NCBI GenBank assembly: GCA_052327205.1
Contig: CM126233.1
Span: 32,674,001 to 32,738,000 of the forward strand
Length of the DNA: 64,000 nucleotides
DNA from: Somniosus microcephalus
Taxonomy: Eukaryota
Reading direction: 5' to 3'
Shown: in pieces, positions 52,467 through 64,000 of the stretch
How positions within the stretch are numbered: the first letter of the stretch is position 1
Layout: the number at the start of each line of letters is the position of its first letter
Notes under the pieces: generated by a model
Told to the model about the DNA's origin: nothing
The model's database searches: none
Seen by the model: the letters and a program-made list of their open reading frames with translations, nothing else
Program-made: the position numbers and the translations under genes

Positions 52467-53225
52467 GGGCTTGAAGTTTCCGCTAGGTTGCGCTGAAAAC
52501 AACAGTGTAATACACCCAAAAATCGGCCAAACCAGCGCAAAAGATCGTGGAGAACTAAGCGCAAATTACGTCCAGCGCAAAATCGAGTTTCCGCCATCTT
52601 TCGCCTTTTAAAAAAAAATTGCGCTATAAGCTGGCCCCGCCCACAAAACCAGCCACACTCCCAGATCAAACTGATCACCATTGCGAGTTTCCGCTAATCG
52701 TTTGCAGGCCTTTGATGAGGCTCTTAAAATTAAACTGGTTCTTTTGGACTCAAGGACACTTAATAGACACGTCTTAAAAGCTTTTGAATATAATTTTTTA
52801 AAATTTATTATGAAACTGACTACTGTACACCAATATTACTAGCAAATGGTTCTCTATAGTTTCTTCTTAAAAAGTCATTTCCAGTTATTTAAAATTGGGT
52901 TACTCACAGGTGGTGGAGTAGACACTCTGATTAAAATTGCTTATTTTTTGTGATAAACCCATTTTCAGCTGTATTAATCAAACTGCACCAAGTTATCACA
53001 CTTAAACATTATCAAGGAATTTTTTTTAAAGCAATTTTCCCCCCAAAAAAAATTACGTTCTAAAACGTTGTCCGATTGCGCTGGTTCACGGCAGATTTTA
53101 TGTTTGCCGATATGCAAATGAATTTGGGCGGAAACTTGAGGGGAAAAAACTTCTCAAAACTAGCGCAATTTTGGTCGCAATTCACACCCAAATCACCGAC
53201 TGCGCCCAAAGCGGAAACTCTGCCC
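52467..53225. mobile_element. PIF/Harbinger-like MITE (759 bp)
   Basis: Ends GGGCTTGAAGTTTCCGCT / AGCGGAAACTCTGCCC with a 3-bp TSD CAA. Repeated subterminal AGTTTCCGC/GCGGAAACT motifs, CpG-rich ends and an AT-rich core. Confidence 0.78.
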
Positions 53226-53699
53226 CAAGTTGTACAACTCAACTATCCCAGGTGGGGGCAGCAAACAAGGAGGAAACAATCAGAGGGAAAGTCACCACTG
53301 GAGGCACGCTTATCATAATTCATGTGAAGTTTCCTACAGGATGGTAAAAGGACAGCAATAACAGGAGCTGGAAGCAAGCCCCAGACTCACCCTCCCAGCA
53401 CGGAATGCTCCATTACATAGGGGAACCATAAAAGGGAAAGGACGGGATGAACCAATCCTAAACAGAAGCATTCTTACGGTTGACAAAGATAAGTGCTCAA
53501 AAATTGCTGAAACTTCGAACATTTATCAACAGTAAGCATAAAACTAAAATGGTCTAAGTGCCAAATCTCAGAGGTTTAAAGTGCAAGAGGTTAGAAAAGA
53601 AAGGTACAACATGCAGAAGCCATGTAGCTTAGAACTGAAGTATGTACAACTGTCAGGAGTAACAAATGTTTTATCGAACTGCTTTTTAGTAAAACTTAC

Positions 53700-53807
53700 C
53701 ACTTCCTCATCCGACAGCTCCCGTCCCTGGATGCTGCTGTTTTCCCGCACAGCCTGCTGGTGTTTTCGCCCCTTAATGTGGCTGAAGAGATAGACCTCAG
53801 AAGTGAT
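53700..53807 (-). CDS. SCAPER: SCAPER internal coding exon (second half of zinc finger, HxxxxxH)
   Basis: 108 nt encoding ITSEVYLFSHIKGRKHQQAVRENSSIQGRELSDEEV. Acceptor CAAAG| and donor GTG|GTAAGT. Confidence 0.96.
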
Positions 53808-53877
53808 CTTTGGAAGAGAAAGTGACAACATTTCAAGCTCACTGAATTCTCCGAGCTTGCTACAGCATACAACAGGA

Positions 53878-53970
53878 GTAGGATCAGCCATGATCTCGTT
53901 GAATGGCGGAGCAGGCTCGAAGGGCCGAATGGCCTACTCCTGCTCCTATCTTCTATGTTTCTATGTTATG
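53878..53970 (+). mobile_element. CR1 3' UTR/tail remnant about 70 bp from a SCAPER acceptor
   Basis: GATCAGCCATGATCTCGTTGAATGGCGGAGCAGGCTCG...TTCTATGTTTCTATG. Confidence 0.88.
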
Positions 53971-54204
53971 TTTCACAAGGACCACTATCATGGTCCTGCA
54001 AACTAACCAACCCATCTTCTTTGCACACTTTTCCCATTTCTACATCCATTAAATTAAAGGGCCTTTATTTTGCATGGTAGAGAAACTTGTAGGAATTTTT
54101 CAAAACAGAATAAAGGCCATTAGACCCAACAATCACATCGCTTTGTTAGCATTCAATCCCCAACCATCTGCCTTTTCACCACATCACTCGATCCTCTCTC
54201 TTCG

Positions 54205-54535
54205 GAAACACACTTTTCCTCTTAGTTGAGGGGTCAATAACCAGGGGGCATAGTTTCAAGCTAAGGGGCAGGAGGTTTAGAGGGGATTTGAGGAAAAACT
54301 TTTTCACCCAGAGGGTGGTTGGAATCTGGAACTCACTGCCTGAAAGGGTGGTAGAGGCAGGAACCCTCTCAACATTCAGGAAGCATTTAGATGAGCACTT
54401 GAAATGCCATAGCATACAAGGCTATGGACCAAGTGCTGGAAAATGGGATTAGAAAAGATAGGGCTTGATGGCCGGCGCGGACACGATGGGCCTCTTTCTG
54501 TGCTGTATAACTCTATGACTCTGACTCTATGACTA
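54205..54535 (+). mobile_element. CR1 LINE 3' fragment (different subfamily)
   Basis: FFTQRVVGIWNSLPERVVEA-type coding remnant and a CTCTATGA tail. Confidence 0.88.
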
Positions 54536-54879
54536 ATAGTCTCTTGAGCCCATTTATATTGCTCTTTTCAGAGCACTCCCTTGGTAAGTTATTCCAAAAC
54601 ATTATTAGCCTGTAATTCCAGCCAACTTCTCCCTTCTTATCCATAGCTTTTTAATTTGTGTCCCCTTTAACACTGAGTAATATGCTTGGATCAATTTTGT
54701 CAATTCCCTTCAAACTCTTAGAAATTTCAATTAGGTCACCTCGAACCCTCCTTGTTTTCCAAAGGAAACAAGCCCAATTTCTTCAATCTTTTCCTGCCAG
54801 TTAGGGAGTACTCATATTTACATTATTTCTCCAATCAGATTTTTTAAAAATTGGAAGCAATACAAATATTTGTACCTAC

Positions 54880-55032
54880 CAACACATTGCACAAGCAACA
54901 ATGTTTTTTGCGTTCATACGGAGTAAGTTTGGGAGCGTAGTCAGTGTTAGCATGTCTCCCGCTGCTAAGCTCAGCGGCTTTCTCTTTCCGTTGTTCTATC
55001 TGCTCCATGTGCCTCCGGCTGCTCTCATCATG
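54880..55032 (-). CDS. SCAPER: SCAPER internal coding exon (first half of C2H2 zinc finger, CxxC)
   Basis: 153 nt encoding HDESSRRHMEQIEQRKEKAAELSSGRHANTDYAPKLTPYERKKHCCLCNVL. Acceptor TTCAG| and donor TTG|GTAGGT. Confidence 0.96.
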
Positions 55033-55249
55033 CTGAATAGGACAAAACAGGTGGAGAAGTCACTGTCTACAAACACCAACAGCAGTTCACGTTCTTGCGC
55101 TGGCTCTCCGCTCTAGTTAAATTTAAAATCCGGCATTTTCCCCAAAGCTATTTGTTTGGTGTATTAAAACTTTTTGTTCTGCTTTTAAATTTGGTTTCCT
55201 GACTGCATAGGCCCAGCTCTGTGTGACTCCCGACAAACTCTGATCTGTA

Positions 55250-55805
55250 CCAATTGATTCCTGGGATGAGCGGCTTGACCTATGAGGAGAGATCGAGTAG
55301 AATGGGCCTATACTCTCTTGAGTTTAGAAGAATGAGAGGTGATCTCATTGAAACATATAAAACTCTTAGAAGGCTTAACAGGGAAGATGCTGAGAGGCTG
55401 TTTCCCCTGGCCGGAGAGTCTAGAACTACGATTTCCCCAACCTCGGTGGGTCTGGTGCAGCCGGGGTGCGAACCCGCTGCTGCTGGCTCCAGCCCACTGT
55501 CCAAAGTGATCTTATGCTGACAGGGCTCGTTAAGCCCACCCAGCGCATTTCCCGGGCCAATTGAAGGAAGCGGGTCTGAGGACGTCACCAGCCGGTTTCC
55601 TTAAAGGGACCATGCGCAAATTGATTTTGACAGTTGTGCTGTCAGTGTTCTACAGCACGGTGGCTCTGCAAATACTGACAAGCACTGCACAGAGGTACAC
55701 GCCTGCACCCAGGCTCTACCACGACTCCCTCCATATATGATCTTATTGAATGGCGGAGCAGGCTTAAGGGGCCATATGGTCTACTCCTGCTTCCTATGTT
55801 ATGTT
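55250..55805 (+). mobile_element. CR1 3' fragment interrupted by a foreign insert
   Basis: IPGMSGLTYEERSSRMGLYSLEFRRMRGDLIETYK (55254-55427) and the 3' UTR at 55735-55805. Confidence 0.88.
55428..55730 (+). mobile_element. Harbinger-like GC-rich fragment inserted into a CR1 copy
   Basis: Breaks the CR1 ORF2 right after GESRT, and CR1 3' UTR resumes at about 55735. It ends in an APRL..DSL-like motif similar to the start of the element at 1-1378. Confidence 0.45.
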
Positions 55806-56690
55806 AACATAACCCCTATATTCCCCTCAAAACATTTCTCCTCCATGTCCTCACTGTCACCTCCAGTGTGCCCGTGGGCTCCATCCCTGCTACATTTCTA
55901 AGTTTCACATGTAAGCCAACAGCACCCAACGTTACTCTCCGCCACCAACTTCAATTCCAGGATTGTTGCTGTACTATCTGACTGCCTGGCCGATGATCTT
56001 TTCCGAAAACCTACACAGCCTTGCCCCAGCCGTATTGGGAAAATTTCCCAGCCTTCCTTGGACTCTGAATTACTTCAACATATTCCGTTGTTTTTCATCC
56101 TGTGTTTTCTTTTTTGCTTGTCCATGTCCTGCACTAAAGACCTTGGCCTGTTACCTAGTTTCTCAACTAAAAGAAAAAGTAACAGTAGATGAACCAAGAT
56201 TTTAATTTTCCATACTCCTAGCTAGGATATTGACCTACTTTTATAGAATCAGTGTAGCCATGAATTCTATGCAGCCAGCTTCTATTATTAAGCTTTAACC
56301 ATCACCCGCCGCATCGCTACGACTGAAACCAAATAGGACGATGTGTGCCGATTGTCTTGGTTTTAAGTTATCTCCAGTTTCTACAACTAGATAATAGCAA
56401 TAGGAAGAGGGGTAACTGGCTTTTAGTGGTTCACCAATGGTTGAATAATTAGCATCAGATTCTAGGAACTACTTAAAGGCCCAGGCTTCCCCATTTATTC
56501 TGGTTCCTTTGTCAAAAGTTGGATTCCTTGAACGGTTTTAAAATAATATTTGTTAGGCCACAGAGTATTCAATTTTTAAGCTGCTATTTCCGTCTATTTT
56601 CTGCGGCTGGCATTCTGCACCTTTTTTCCCCCCATTCTTTCCTCCATTCCTTGAAAAATAAAAATCGGCCAGTAAAAATGCTCAGAAAGT

Positions 56691-57162
56691 GTCAGCCGTG
56701 GCTCAGTGGGCAGCACCCTCGCCTGTCAGGCAGAAGGTTGTGGGGTCAAGTCCCACTCGAGACATTTGAGCACAGAAATCTAGGCTGACACTCCAGTGCA
56801 GTGCTGAGGGAGTGCTGCACTGTTGATGGTGCAGTCTTTCGGATGAAACATTAAACCGAGGCCCCGTCTGCCCTCTCAGGTGGACGTAAACGATCCCATG
56901 GCACTATTTCGAAGAAGAGCAGGAGAGTTCTCCCCGGTGTCCTGGGGCCAATATTTACCCTTCAATCAACATCACTAAAACAGATGATCTGGACATTATC
57001 ACATTGCTGTTTGTGGGAGCTTGCTGTGCGCAAATTGGCTGCCGCGTTTCCTACATTACAACAGTGACCACACTTCAAAAAGTACTTCATTGGCTGTAAA
57101 GCGCTTTGGGGCATCAGGTGTTTGTGAAAGGCACTGTATAAATGCAAGTCTTTCTTTCTTTT
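56691..57162 (+). mobile_element. SacSINE1-like Deu-domain SINE, full length
   Basis: tRNA-like head (GTGGCTCAGTGG / GGTCAAGTCCC), Deu-type core (GGATGAAACATTAAACCGAGGCCCCGTC...GATCCCATGGCACT) and an L2-like tail ATAAATGCAAGTCTTTCTTT. Confidence 0.88.
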
Positions 57163-58091
57163 TAATATCGTAGTTGGATGGCATCGCTGGCTTTATTTGT
57201 TTGAAATGTTGTGTACTTGACCAGTGTGGATACCTTGCGATTGGCCTCCTTTTCTGCCTTTGATGCCAATCAGTCTCATTTCCTATGGAGCTGCTCAGCT
57301 GACTTCAGCTGAGTGGTTCCTCCCCGACTGCGAAGACCTGGCATGGTGGGTGTCTGTGGGCTGGGAATTAGCTAAAACATCAAGCAACTTCCCAACGCAC
57401 CAAGCAATTTCTTTTAAATTGTATTTTAGCCTTAGAGGGAGTACTTCATCTTTTCTCTCAAGAGTAGAAATGGCATGAAAAATGAAAAAAAAAATGCAGA
57501 GTGGTTTTGTGTCATTGAATAGACTCAAACTGCCTAACATTTTGAAATTGTGATATTGGTAGGAGCTGGTTAGGGCTCGCTCAGTTACCATCCTCAAAGC
57601 TAATCTACATGCCTGCCCTACTATGACTCTCCCACATTTACTTCAAGGCCTAAAGAGGGAAATGAGCAATACCCATGATAAATGCAAAGTTACACATGGA
57701 CAAATGGGAGTGTCTCACGAGAATTACCCGAACTAACAGGAATTCAGGAATGGGATGCTCGAGTGCCAGTCTTAAAAATAGAACAAGCAAACTCATTAAG
57801 AACCCTACATCATTTGAGTCATTTGGCGTTCTCTCCAACGCAGTTCCTGGTGTTGGAAAGGTGCCAGATGGCATAATTGTTGCAGCAATGTGAAGTGGAT
57901 TGGTTCTGTACCAGGTGGTACCATGATGCCATGTAATGCATGTATTCAGTTGCATCTAATTTCAGGACAGCGACTAAAAGTCCTCAATAGCCGTCGGCCC
58001 TTGCATACTAACCGAACAAGCACTGCAACACATACAAACATAGCGACGAGTGCTTGTGAGGATCAGCAACGAATGCTCCGTTACATCATAC

Positions 58092-58173
58092 CTTCAGCTG
58101 TATTTTTTTCTGCAGTTCCTCCATAGCTTCTTGCTGTGCTGCGCTAAGTGCAGCCAGCCTCTCCTCTCGTTCC
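58092..58173 (-). CDS. SCAPER: SCAPER internal coding exon
   Basis: 82 nt encoding (R)EREERLAALSAAQQEAMEELQKKIQLK. Acceptor GGCAG| and donor AAG|GTATGA, phase 2/0, joining the previous exon in frame. Confidence 0.95.
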
Positions 58174-58798
58174 CTGCCAATGGAGTAACAGTCATTAGGA
58201 AATTAACACAGAAGAAAAATGGCATGATAGGCGGAAGTTGTGCAGTGAAGATGCTTGCATTTGTTCTAACTAATCCTTACCATGGGATGGGAGTACGTGG
58301 GAGGGTAACTGAATGGGAGCAGCCAGGTTGAAACAAATCACATTGCAGGGTGAGAAATTATGTCTCCGAGCATGTACTCCTGTCTGTTTAACAAACAGAC
58401 TTCGATAAAAGGACTGCATATGCAGCATCAGACATTCCCAAATAAGTTTTGAATACTAAATAAGTATATTTAACTATACTTAATACTTTAGTAATAGTGC
58501 ATATTTGCAATGTAGCCCTGTGAATGTTGGCAGGGTATTAAATCATGGACGGCATCACCACTAACCCGATCCTGCCCTACAATTTGCACTCTCCAGCAAG
58601 TGTAACTGAATAGCAATTGGGACCAGGAAAGCTAGGCGGTATTTTCCCTCCCTCGCCCGGGGATACAGAGAACCATGCTAATAGCCCAAATGCTGCCACC
58701 AGTGAGATCAACTGACTCAAATCTGGGGCCTTGTCTTACTGCTACACCATCTGGCTCTAGGGAGCTGCACAAAAATCAGTTTAACACAGGCCACAAAC

Positions 58799-58941
58799 CT
58801 GGCTCTTTCACGTGCAGCGTCTTCCCTTGCTCTCTCTTTCTCTTGTCGCTGTTGCTCGATTCGTGCCTCCTGTTCTCTCCTTTTCAACATCAGTTCCTCC
58901 ACACGGGCCTGACGCTCAGCCTCCAGTGCTCGTTTGCGTTC
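58799..58941 (-). CDS. SCAPER: SCAPER internal coding exon
   Basis: 143 nt encoding ERKRALEAERQARVEELMLKRREQEARIEQQRQEKERAREDAARERA(R). Acceptor TGCAG| and donor AG|GTTTGT, phase 0/2. Confidence 0.96.
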
Positions 58942-59594
58942 CTGCATTCAGCCACATAATTTTTACATGAGATTTTTTTTTTAATATTGTAAGGAAGATC
59001 AAAAATCATTTCATACTTTATAAATTTCCATTGTCTTCTCACTGAATCCTGACTGGGGTATGCTCCACCATGCCAGCTGCCCTCCAGAAACTCGACCAAA
59101 TGTGTATCATTGATGTGTGACCTGAGACAGTGTCTATTCAACCTGGGAGAATACTGCAGTCAAACCCAACCATGCCCATACACACAGTTTTCCAGATCGG
59201 TCATTTGATAAAGATCAGGAGCAGCAACCGTGGCCAATTTTGCCCTCAATAACCTAGGGACACCTCAAGTCAACTTTAACACTGCTCCACATGATAACAG
59301 GCATTGAAGCTGGGCTTTTCTGGGTCTTTGGCCCAGTTACTCACGGGCTAAACTCACTCAACCATTAAGGGAGTTGTATTCAATTTCTGTAATCTCACTC
59401 TGATGTTTCAGTTTAAATGCTCACAAGTGCTTCAAGTATTGCATCAGTTCCAGTTTCTAGTAAAATAAATCGTAAATATTTTTACAACTTCACACATAGA
59501 ACGAGATTGATGTTTATAGGATTGGTAATAGAGTGAGGTGACCACAAACTCCATGGTACACGATGGTTGATGCTGAAATGGTGGGGCTGGAAAA

Positions 59595-60105
59595 AAAAAG
59601 ACTTGTACTTACTGAGAAATCTTAAAATGCTTCACTTAATAACTTTCAAGTGCAATTACTATTGTCAAATAATCTCTGAAATGCAATGACTATTATAATT
59701 TAGGCAGATTCTCTAGTGTAGTACTGAGGGAGTGCTGCATTGTCAGAGGCACCATCCTTCACTTGCGTTGCTAAACTAAGGCCCCTTTCTGCTGGGATCT
59801 TGCTGTGTGCACAATGGCTGCTGTGCTTGCATATGTAACAACAGCGACGTGCTTTCATTGTCTGTGAAGTGCTTTGGGATATTTCTGAAAAATATGATAA
59901 GGCCCTATAAAAATACAAGTTTTATTTCTTTTTGTCTTGCTTTCTTTATGGGCAGGCCACCAGGAGCCCTCCCTCTCTGCTTCAAATAGTGTCACAGGAT
60001 CTTTAATTTCCACCTGAACCACCAGTGAAGCAGGGAGCCTTTGCTTAAAGTCTCATCCAAAGGTCAGCACCTTCAACAATGCAGTAATTCCTCAGTCTTC
60101 ACGGG
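59595..60105. mobile_element. Cluster of SacSINE1-like fragments in both orientations
   Basis: A plus-strand piece at about 59700-59930 nested between minus-strand pieces. Confidence 0.6.
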
Positions 60106-60974
60106 AGAAGGGGCGTTACCGCTCCACCATCATTCCACCCACAAGGAAAAAATAATTTGGCTATTTTGTTTTTATTAGATCAAAGGTTTATGAGTAGACT
60201 AATTTATACCATCAGCTGTATTATGCAGTTCTTGAGATAATATCCAATATGAATTTTTGTTTTAAAAAATGAATTATTTCCACTTGTTAGACCGATATAA
60301 CAGAAATTGGACATTAAGGACCTAACAGCTACTTTCCTTTTGTCCACATCATAGAGTTGCTGACTAAATATTTTCTCAGCAATCAAACCACCACCAATGA
60401 ACAGGAGACAGAACTCAACTATTAAAATGGCCCCTGAATACACAGTCATGTCAACGATTGCAGAACCAATGATTTGTACCAATGCATTGAGATGGCATCA
60501 TGCTTACTGTACTATGATAGGACGCTGTCGCATTTCATGGCAAATCTACTTCCTTTTTATTCCTTTTTTAGTTATCGATTTGCTCTTAGGCAGCTGTAGA
60601 GTGTACCACGTGGTTTTGCTTAACACTGACACTCAAGTAAAGCAGAAATCAGGAACCAACCTGACTCCAGAGCAAATTGGAGTAAGTGCAAAGGGAAAAC
60701 GATTCACAGGCATTACAGTTGTAGAGTAAATGCAGCTTAAGCTATTAAATTATTGCCAATGTTTATTTCAATTTATACGCATAGTAAACACAGAAACACT
60801 TTAGGAAGGTGTTAGACAGGGTGTTTATTCAGAGTGTACCTACTCCTGAAAGAATGTTGGAAAATGACTAAGTAAGACAAAGCATTGTCTTGTGTTTAAA
60901 ATGCACTGTCCCTTGGCTGGCCATGTCTTTGAAGCAGACCCGATGTACTTTTTCTTTCTCGGCGTGTTTCTAAC

Positions 60975-61130
60975 CTGCACAGCCTCATCCCGGGCTTGCT
61001 TCTCCTCCTGCCGACGATGTCGTTCTTCTTGCAATTCATTCAGCCGCTGCTCGTACTCTTTCAGTTTTGCAAGAACATCGTGACGCTTGTTTTGAGCTTC
61101 TAATGTGTTGATGAAAGCAATTTCGTTAAC
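60975..61130 (-). CDS. SCAPER: SCAPER (S-phase cyclin A-associated protein in the ER) internal coding exon, coiled-coil region
   Basis: 156 nt (52 codons) encoding VNEIAFINTLEAQNKRHDVLAKLKEYEQRLNELQEERHRRQEEKQARDEAVQ, matching recalled vertebrate SCAPER. Acceptor TTCAG| and donor CAG|GTTAG, phase 0/0. Confidence 0.96.
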
Positions 61131-61230
61131 CTGAAGGGACAGAAAAAAGAAACAGGTTACCACTTCCATTACGATACGACGAGCGGCATTTGTAAACCAG
61201 ACTGTTCATTGGTCAAAGGCAGGCTATTTA

Positions 61231-61735
61231 CAGGAAACTCTCGTTTAAGCGGCACCTAAATATCCGGAATTCTCTATTAACCGGCAAAATTCTCGCTCCG
61301 AAAACAACACCTCAATAACTGGCAATGTTGCCGAGTCCGAGTCTCCCGCGGTGGCCGAGTGAGTCAGTGAGGGTAGTTCTCCAAACTGCCACTACTCGGC
61401 TTCTTGGTGCTGTCGGGAGTCAGAACACCTCAATAACAGGAGTCTGACTCTCCCGCGCTGCCGGTAGTCTCTTCTGATCCGCCATTTTACAGGGGTACTG
61501 TGTGTCTCCCACGCTGCTGGTAGTCATTGGCAGTACTGTACTTAATCAAGCATTATCCACCATCCATTTAACACAACATTCTGTAGGTGAGTACCCAATT
61601 ACTGTATACTGCACATTTCCTGATTTTTTTTATTTTTCTTTGTTAAAAATAGCCTCGGTAGATAACCCTCTCCGTCATGTGAAATTTTTGGTAAACCGGC
61701 AACACGCCGGTGCCGGATTAAAAAAAAGTTTCCTG
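61231..61735. mobile_element. Tc1/mariner Tigger/pogo-like MITE (505 bp)
   Basis: TA|CAGGAAACTCTCGTTTAAGCGGCACC ... GGTGCCGGATTAAAAAAAAGTTTCCTG|TA, i.e. TIRs with a TA duplication. Confidence 0.82.
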
Positions 61736-63159
61736 TATTTAGTTCCCAAAGGGCCTGCGTTTAAAGGGACCAGTAGATCGCAGGCTCACTTCCCTATTTG
61801 TGTCGTTAGCTGATCTCAGCTGGCCAGCAAATGACTGTAATTCTCATAGCCTTAGGCTAAAAATCATGAAGGGATCCCAGTCTTGATCACTGGCCAATGA
61901 CCTCCTGCTGGGACACGGACGTGAGGTAAGGACATGATTGGGCTCGAATGTGGTACCTACTAAGGTCAAATAACCTACTGGTCCTCACTGCCTGGGTTCA
62001 TACATGAAGGAGGGCCATTTGGGTGAGGTACCAGAAGGCTGTTGATGCCCATGGAACAATACCTTAAAAAGAGTCAGAGCTTTCAGGAGAAGAGGGAAGA
62101 AAAGAGGAATAAGAGGGAAAATTTAATAAAAGTAGTTGACATATCTGATTATGTGTCAAGGTTATTTTCCCTATTTTAAATTTTATAATTCTTCTTCAAT
62201 TTTTATTCAAGTTCTGACAGAGATCTAACACACCTCAGGATTTGGATGGCAATGATAAATCGCATGAGCTTTGTTCTCGCGGTTTATCGTGTTATCCAAA
62301 GCCTGCAATGCAATATACTGACTAATGCAGCCATGGGGGTTATCCTATATGTAAACAATCTTTGTTAGGGTACTGCCGAGATATGTGTGACAAATCTAAA
62401 GCTTACACTTCCAAATTAAAACAGTGGTCTCTTTCGGACCTGTTGACAGACACTGACATCATGCAAACGCGACTGATATTTCCCTTCTGCCCAAGTGTAT
62501 GCTGAAACAATATACATTGTGCCGAGTTCGTAATCCCTTATTAATTCTAGATCAAAAATGCAAAAATTAAACCCTTCACTGGATGACAAGGGTATCTCAG
62601 AATTGATAATGTGTTTGCAAACAGACTGATGACCTTTTTCCAGAGTTGTCCAGACAGCCCTCATTTTATATGTTACACTCCGCAATCTGAACTGTTAGGC
62701 TGTGGAAAGCAGAGTGGATTTAAAAAAAAAAATCTATCCTGTGTTGTCCCTTATATAGTAATATATAGGGCTAATTGCTGACGAGCAACTTTTTAATTTA
62801 ACTAAAAATCTTGGGGCTAGATTATGTATTGGATCACTTGAACAAGGACAGTTATCAGGGTTGGGTCAAAACCTACCTCTTCAGCAACATCAGCCCTGTA
62901 ACCACTCTGATATTAATTCAAGTACTAGCGAGGATTTGCTACAGCTACCATTTCTATTGTGGCTCCCAGCAAATCATCAGGATTCATTTTGGCAGACATT
63001 TGTATTTTCTTATTGTTGTCTTCAGCTGCATCCAATGGCTATGCTCATAGAATCATAGAATGATACAGCGCAGGAAGCCATTCGGCCCATCGTTCCTGTG
63101 CCAGTGTGGTGGTAGCAATACCCCTATGTGGTTGCAGTAGCAATATGTTTGTATTTGTA

Positions 63160-63685
63160 ATAACAGAAAATGCTGGAAAAACTCAGCAGGCCAGACAACA
63201 TCCGTGGAGAGAGAAATAGAGACAACGTTTCGGGTCGAAACCCTTTTACAGAACTGAGAGAAAAGGCAGGAAATGAAACAAAAGGCAGTTTGGGGGCTAG
63301 GAAATGGGGGAGGGGATGAAAGAAGAGACATTAAGAGATATTCAAGGTGAGACGCGATGGTAATAGGACAGGTAAAGAAACAAACAATGGCTCTAGATGA
63401 AGTGTGAAATGCGCTGGCAGAGTGAGAGACAGCTGCCATGTGGGAGAGAAAAAAAAGGAAGTGTCACAAACCAAAAGTGTGGATAAAAAATATAAAAATA
63501 TGATAGGAGCCGAGGTTATGATCTGAAGTTGTTGAACTCGATATGGAGTCCGGAAGGCTGTTAGAGTGCCTAATCGGAAGATGAGGTGCTGTTCCTCGAG
63601 TTTACGGTGAGCTTCCATGGAACAATGCAAGAGGCCGAGGACGGTGAGGTCTGAATGGGAATGGAACGGTGAATTAAAATGACAG
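63160..63685 (-). mobile_element. Penelope-like element 3' fragment (GIY-YIG endonuclease C-terminus plus terminal repeat)
   Basis: Minus-strand peptide EAHRKLEEQHLIFRLGTL, typical of PLE GIY-YIG ends, followed by a pyrimidine-rich spacer and the same terminal repeat as 48762-48999. Confidence 0.78.
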
Positions 63686-64000
63686 TTTGTATCTGTGTTA
63701 GTTTGAAATGTATGTATTTGTGTTAGTTAACTGAATCAGTTGAAGTTTCTGGCTTGGGAATCTTGTGTACTGCTGCTGTTTTCCCTCAGTGACGCTACTT
63801 AATGTTAGGCTATCCTGATTGAAACAGAGGCAGGGAAAGGGCGAAGGGGAGGAAAGAACAAAAGGGAAGGTCTTTGATGGGGTGGAAGGCAGGAGATATT
63901 AAATGACAAAAGGGATGATGGTGCAAGACAAAAAGACCGCTGTTCATGGCCCCCAGAGCCACTAGGATAATTCAGGATCAACACCAGAAGAATGATCATT

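Noticed and set aside
1-64000. Prokaryotic-style systems (CRISPR arrays, operons, defence islands, retrons)
   Set aside because: The sequence is eukaryotic intronic DNA. There is no regularly spaced repeat-spacer array, and all RT-like ORFs belong to CR1, L2 or Gypsy elements.
61140-64000. Upstream SCAPER exon (...KKAQEEEAK)
   Set aside because: No matching coding sequence was seen, so it presumably lies beyond the window.

Overview
This is vertebrate genomic DNA, almost certainly from a shark or other elasmobranch, judged from its HE1/V-SINE-like and SacSINE1/Deu-type SINEs, CR1/L2 LINEs and Penelope fragments. The window lies inside the SCAPER gene on the minus strand. Seven consecutive coding exons are recognisable (61130-60975, 58941-58799, 58173-58092, 55032-54880, 53807-53700, 29340-29207, 6450-6385). 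All have GT-AG boundaries and join in frame, covering the coiled-coil region and the C2H2 zinc finger. The introns hold a young, nearly intact 4.8-kb Mag-type Gypsy LTR retrotransposon, a solo LTR of another family, hAT-, Harbinger- and Tigger-type MITEs, many LINE/SINE relics, and several repeat-free blocks that look like conserved non-coding elements. I found no wholly new biological system. The best leads are a Penelope-derived fold-back element with two opposed minimal hammerhead-ribozyme-like cores, a candidate SCAPER poison exon, candidate enhancers for the neighbouring ISL2 gene, and X-box-carrying MITEs. Repeat family names come from recalled consensus similarity, not a database search, and the boundaries of old repeats are approximate.
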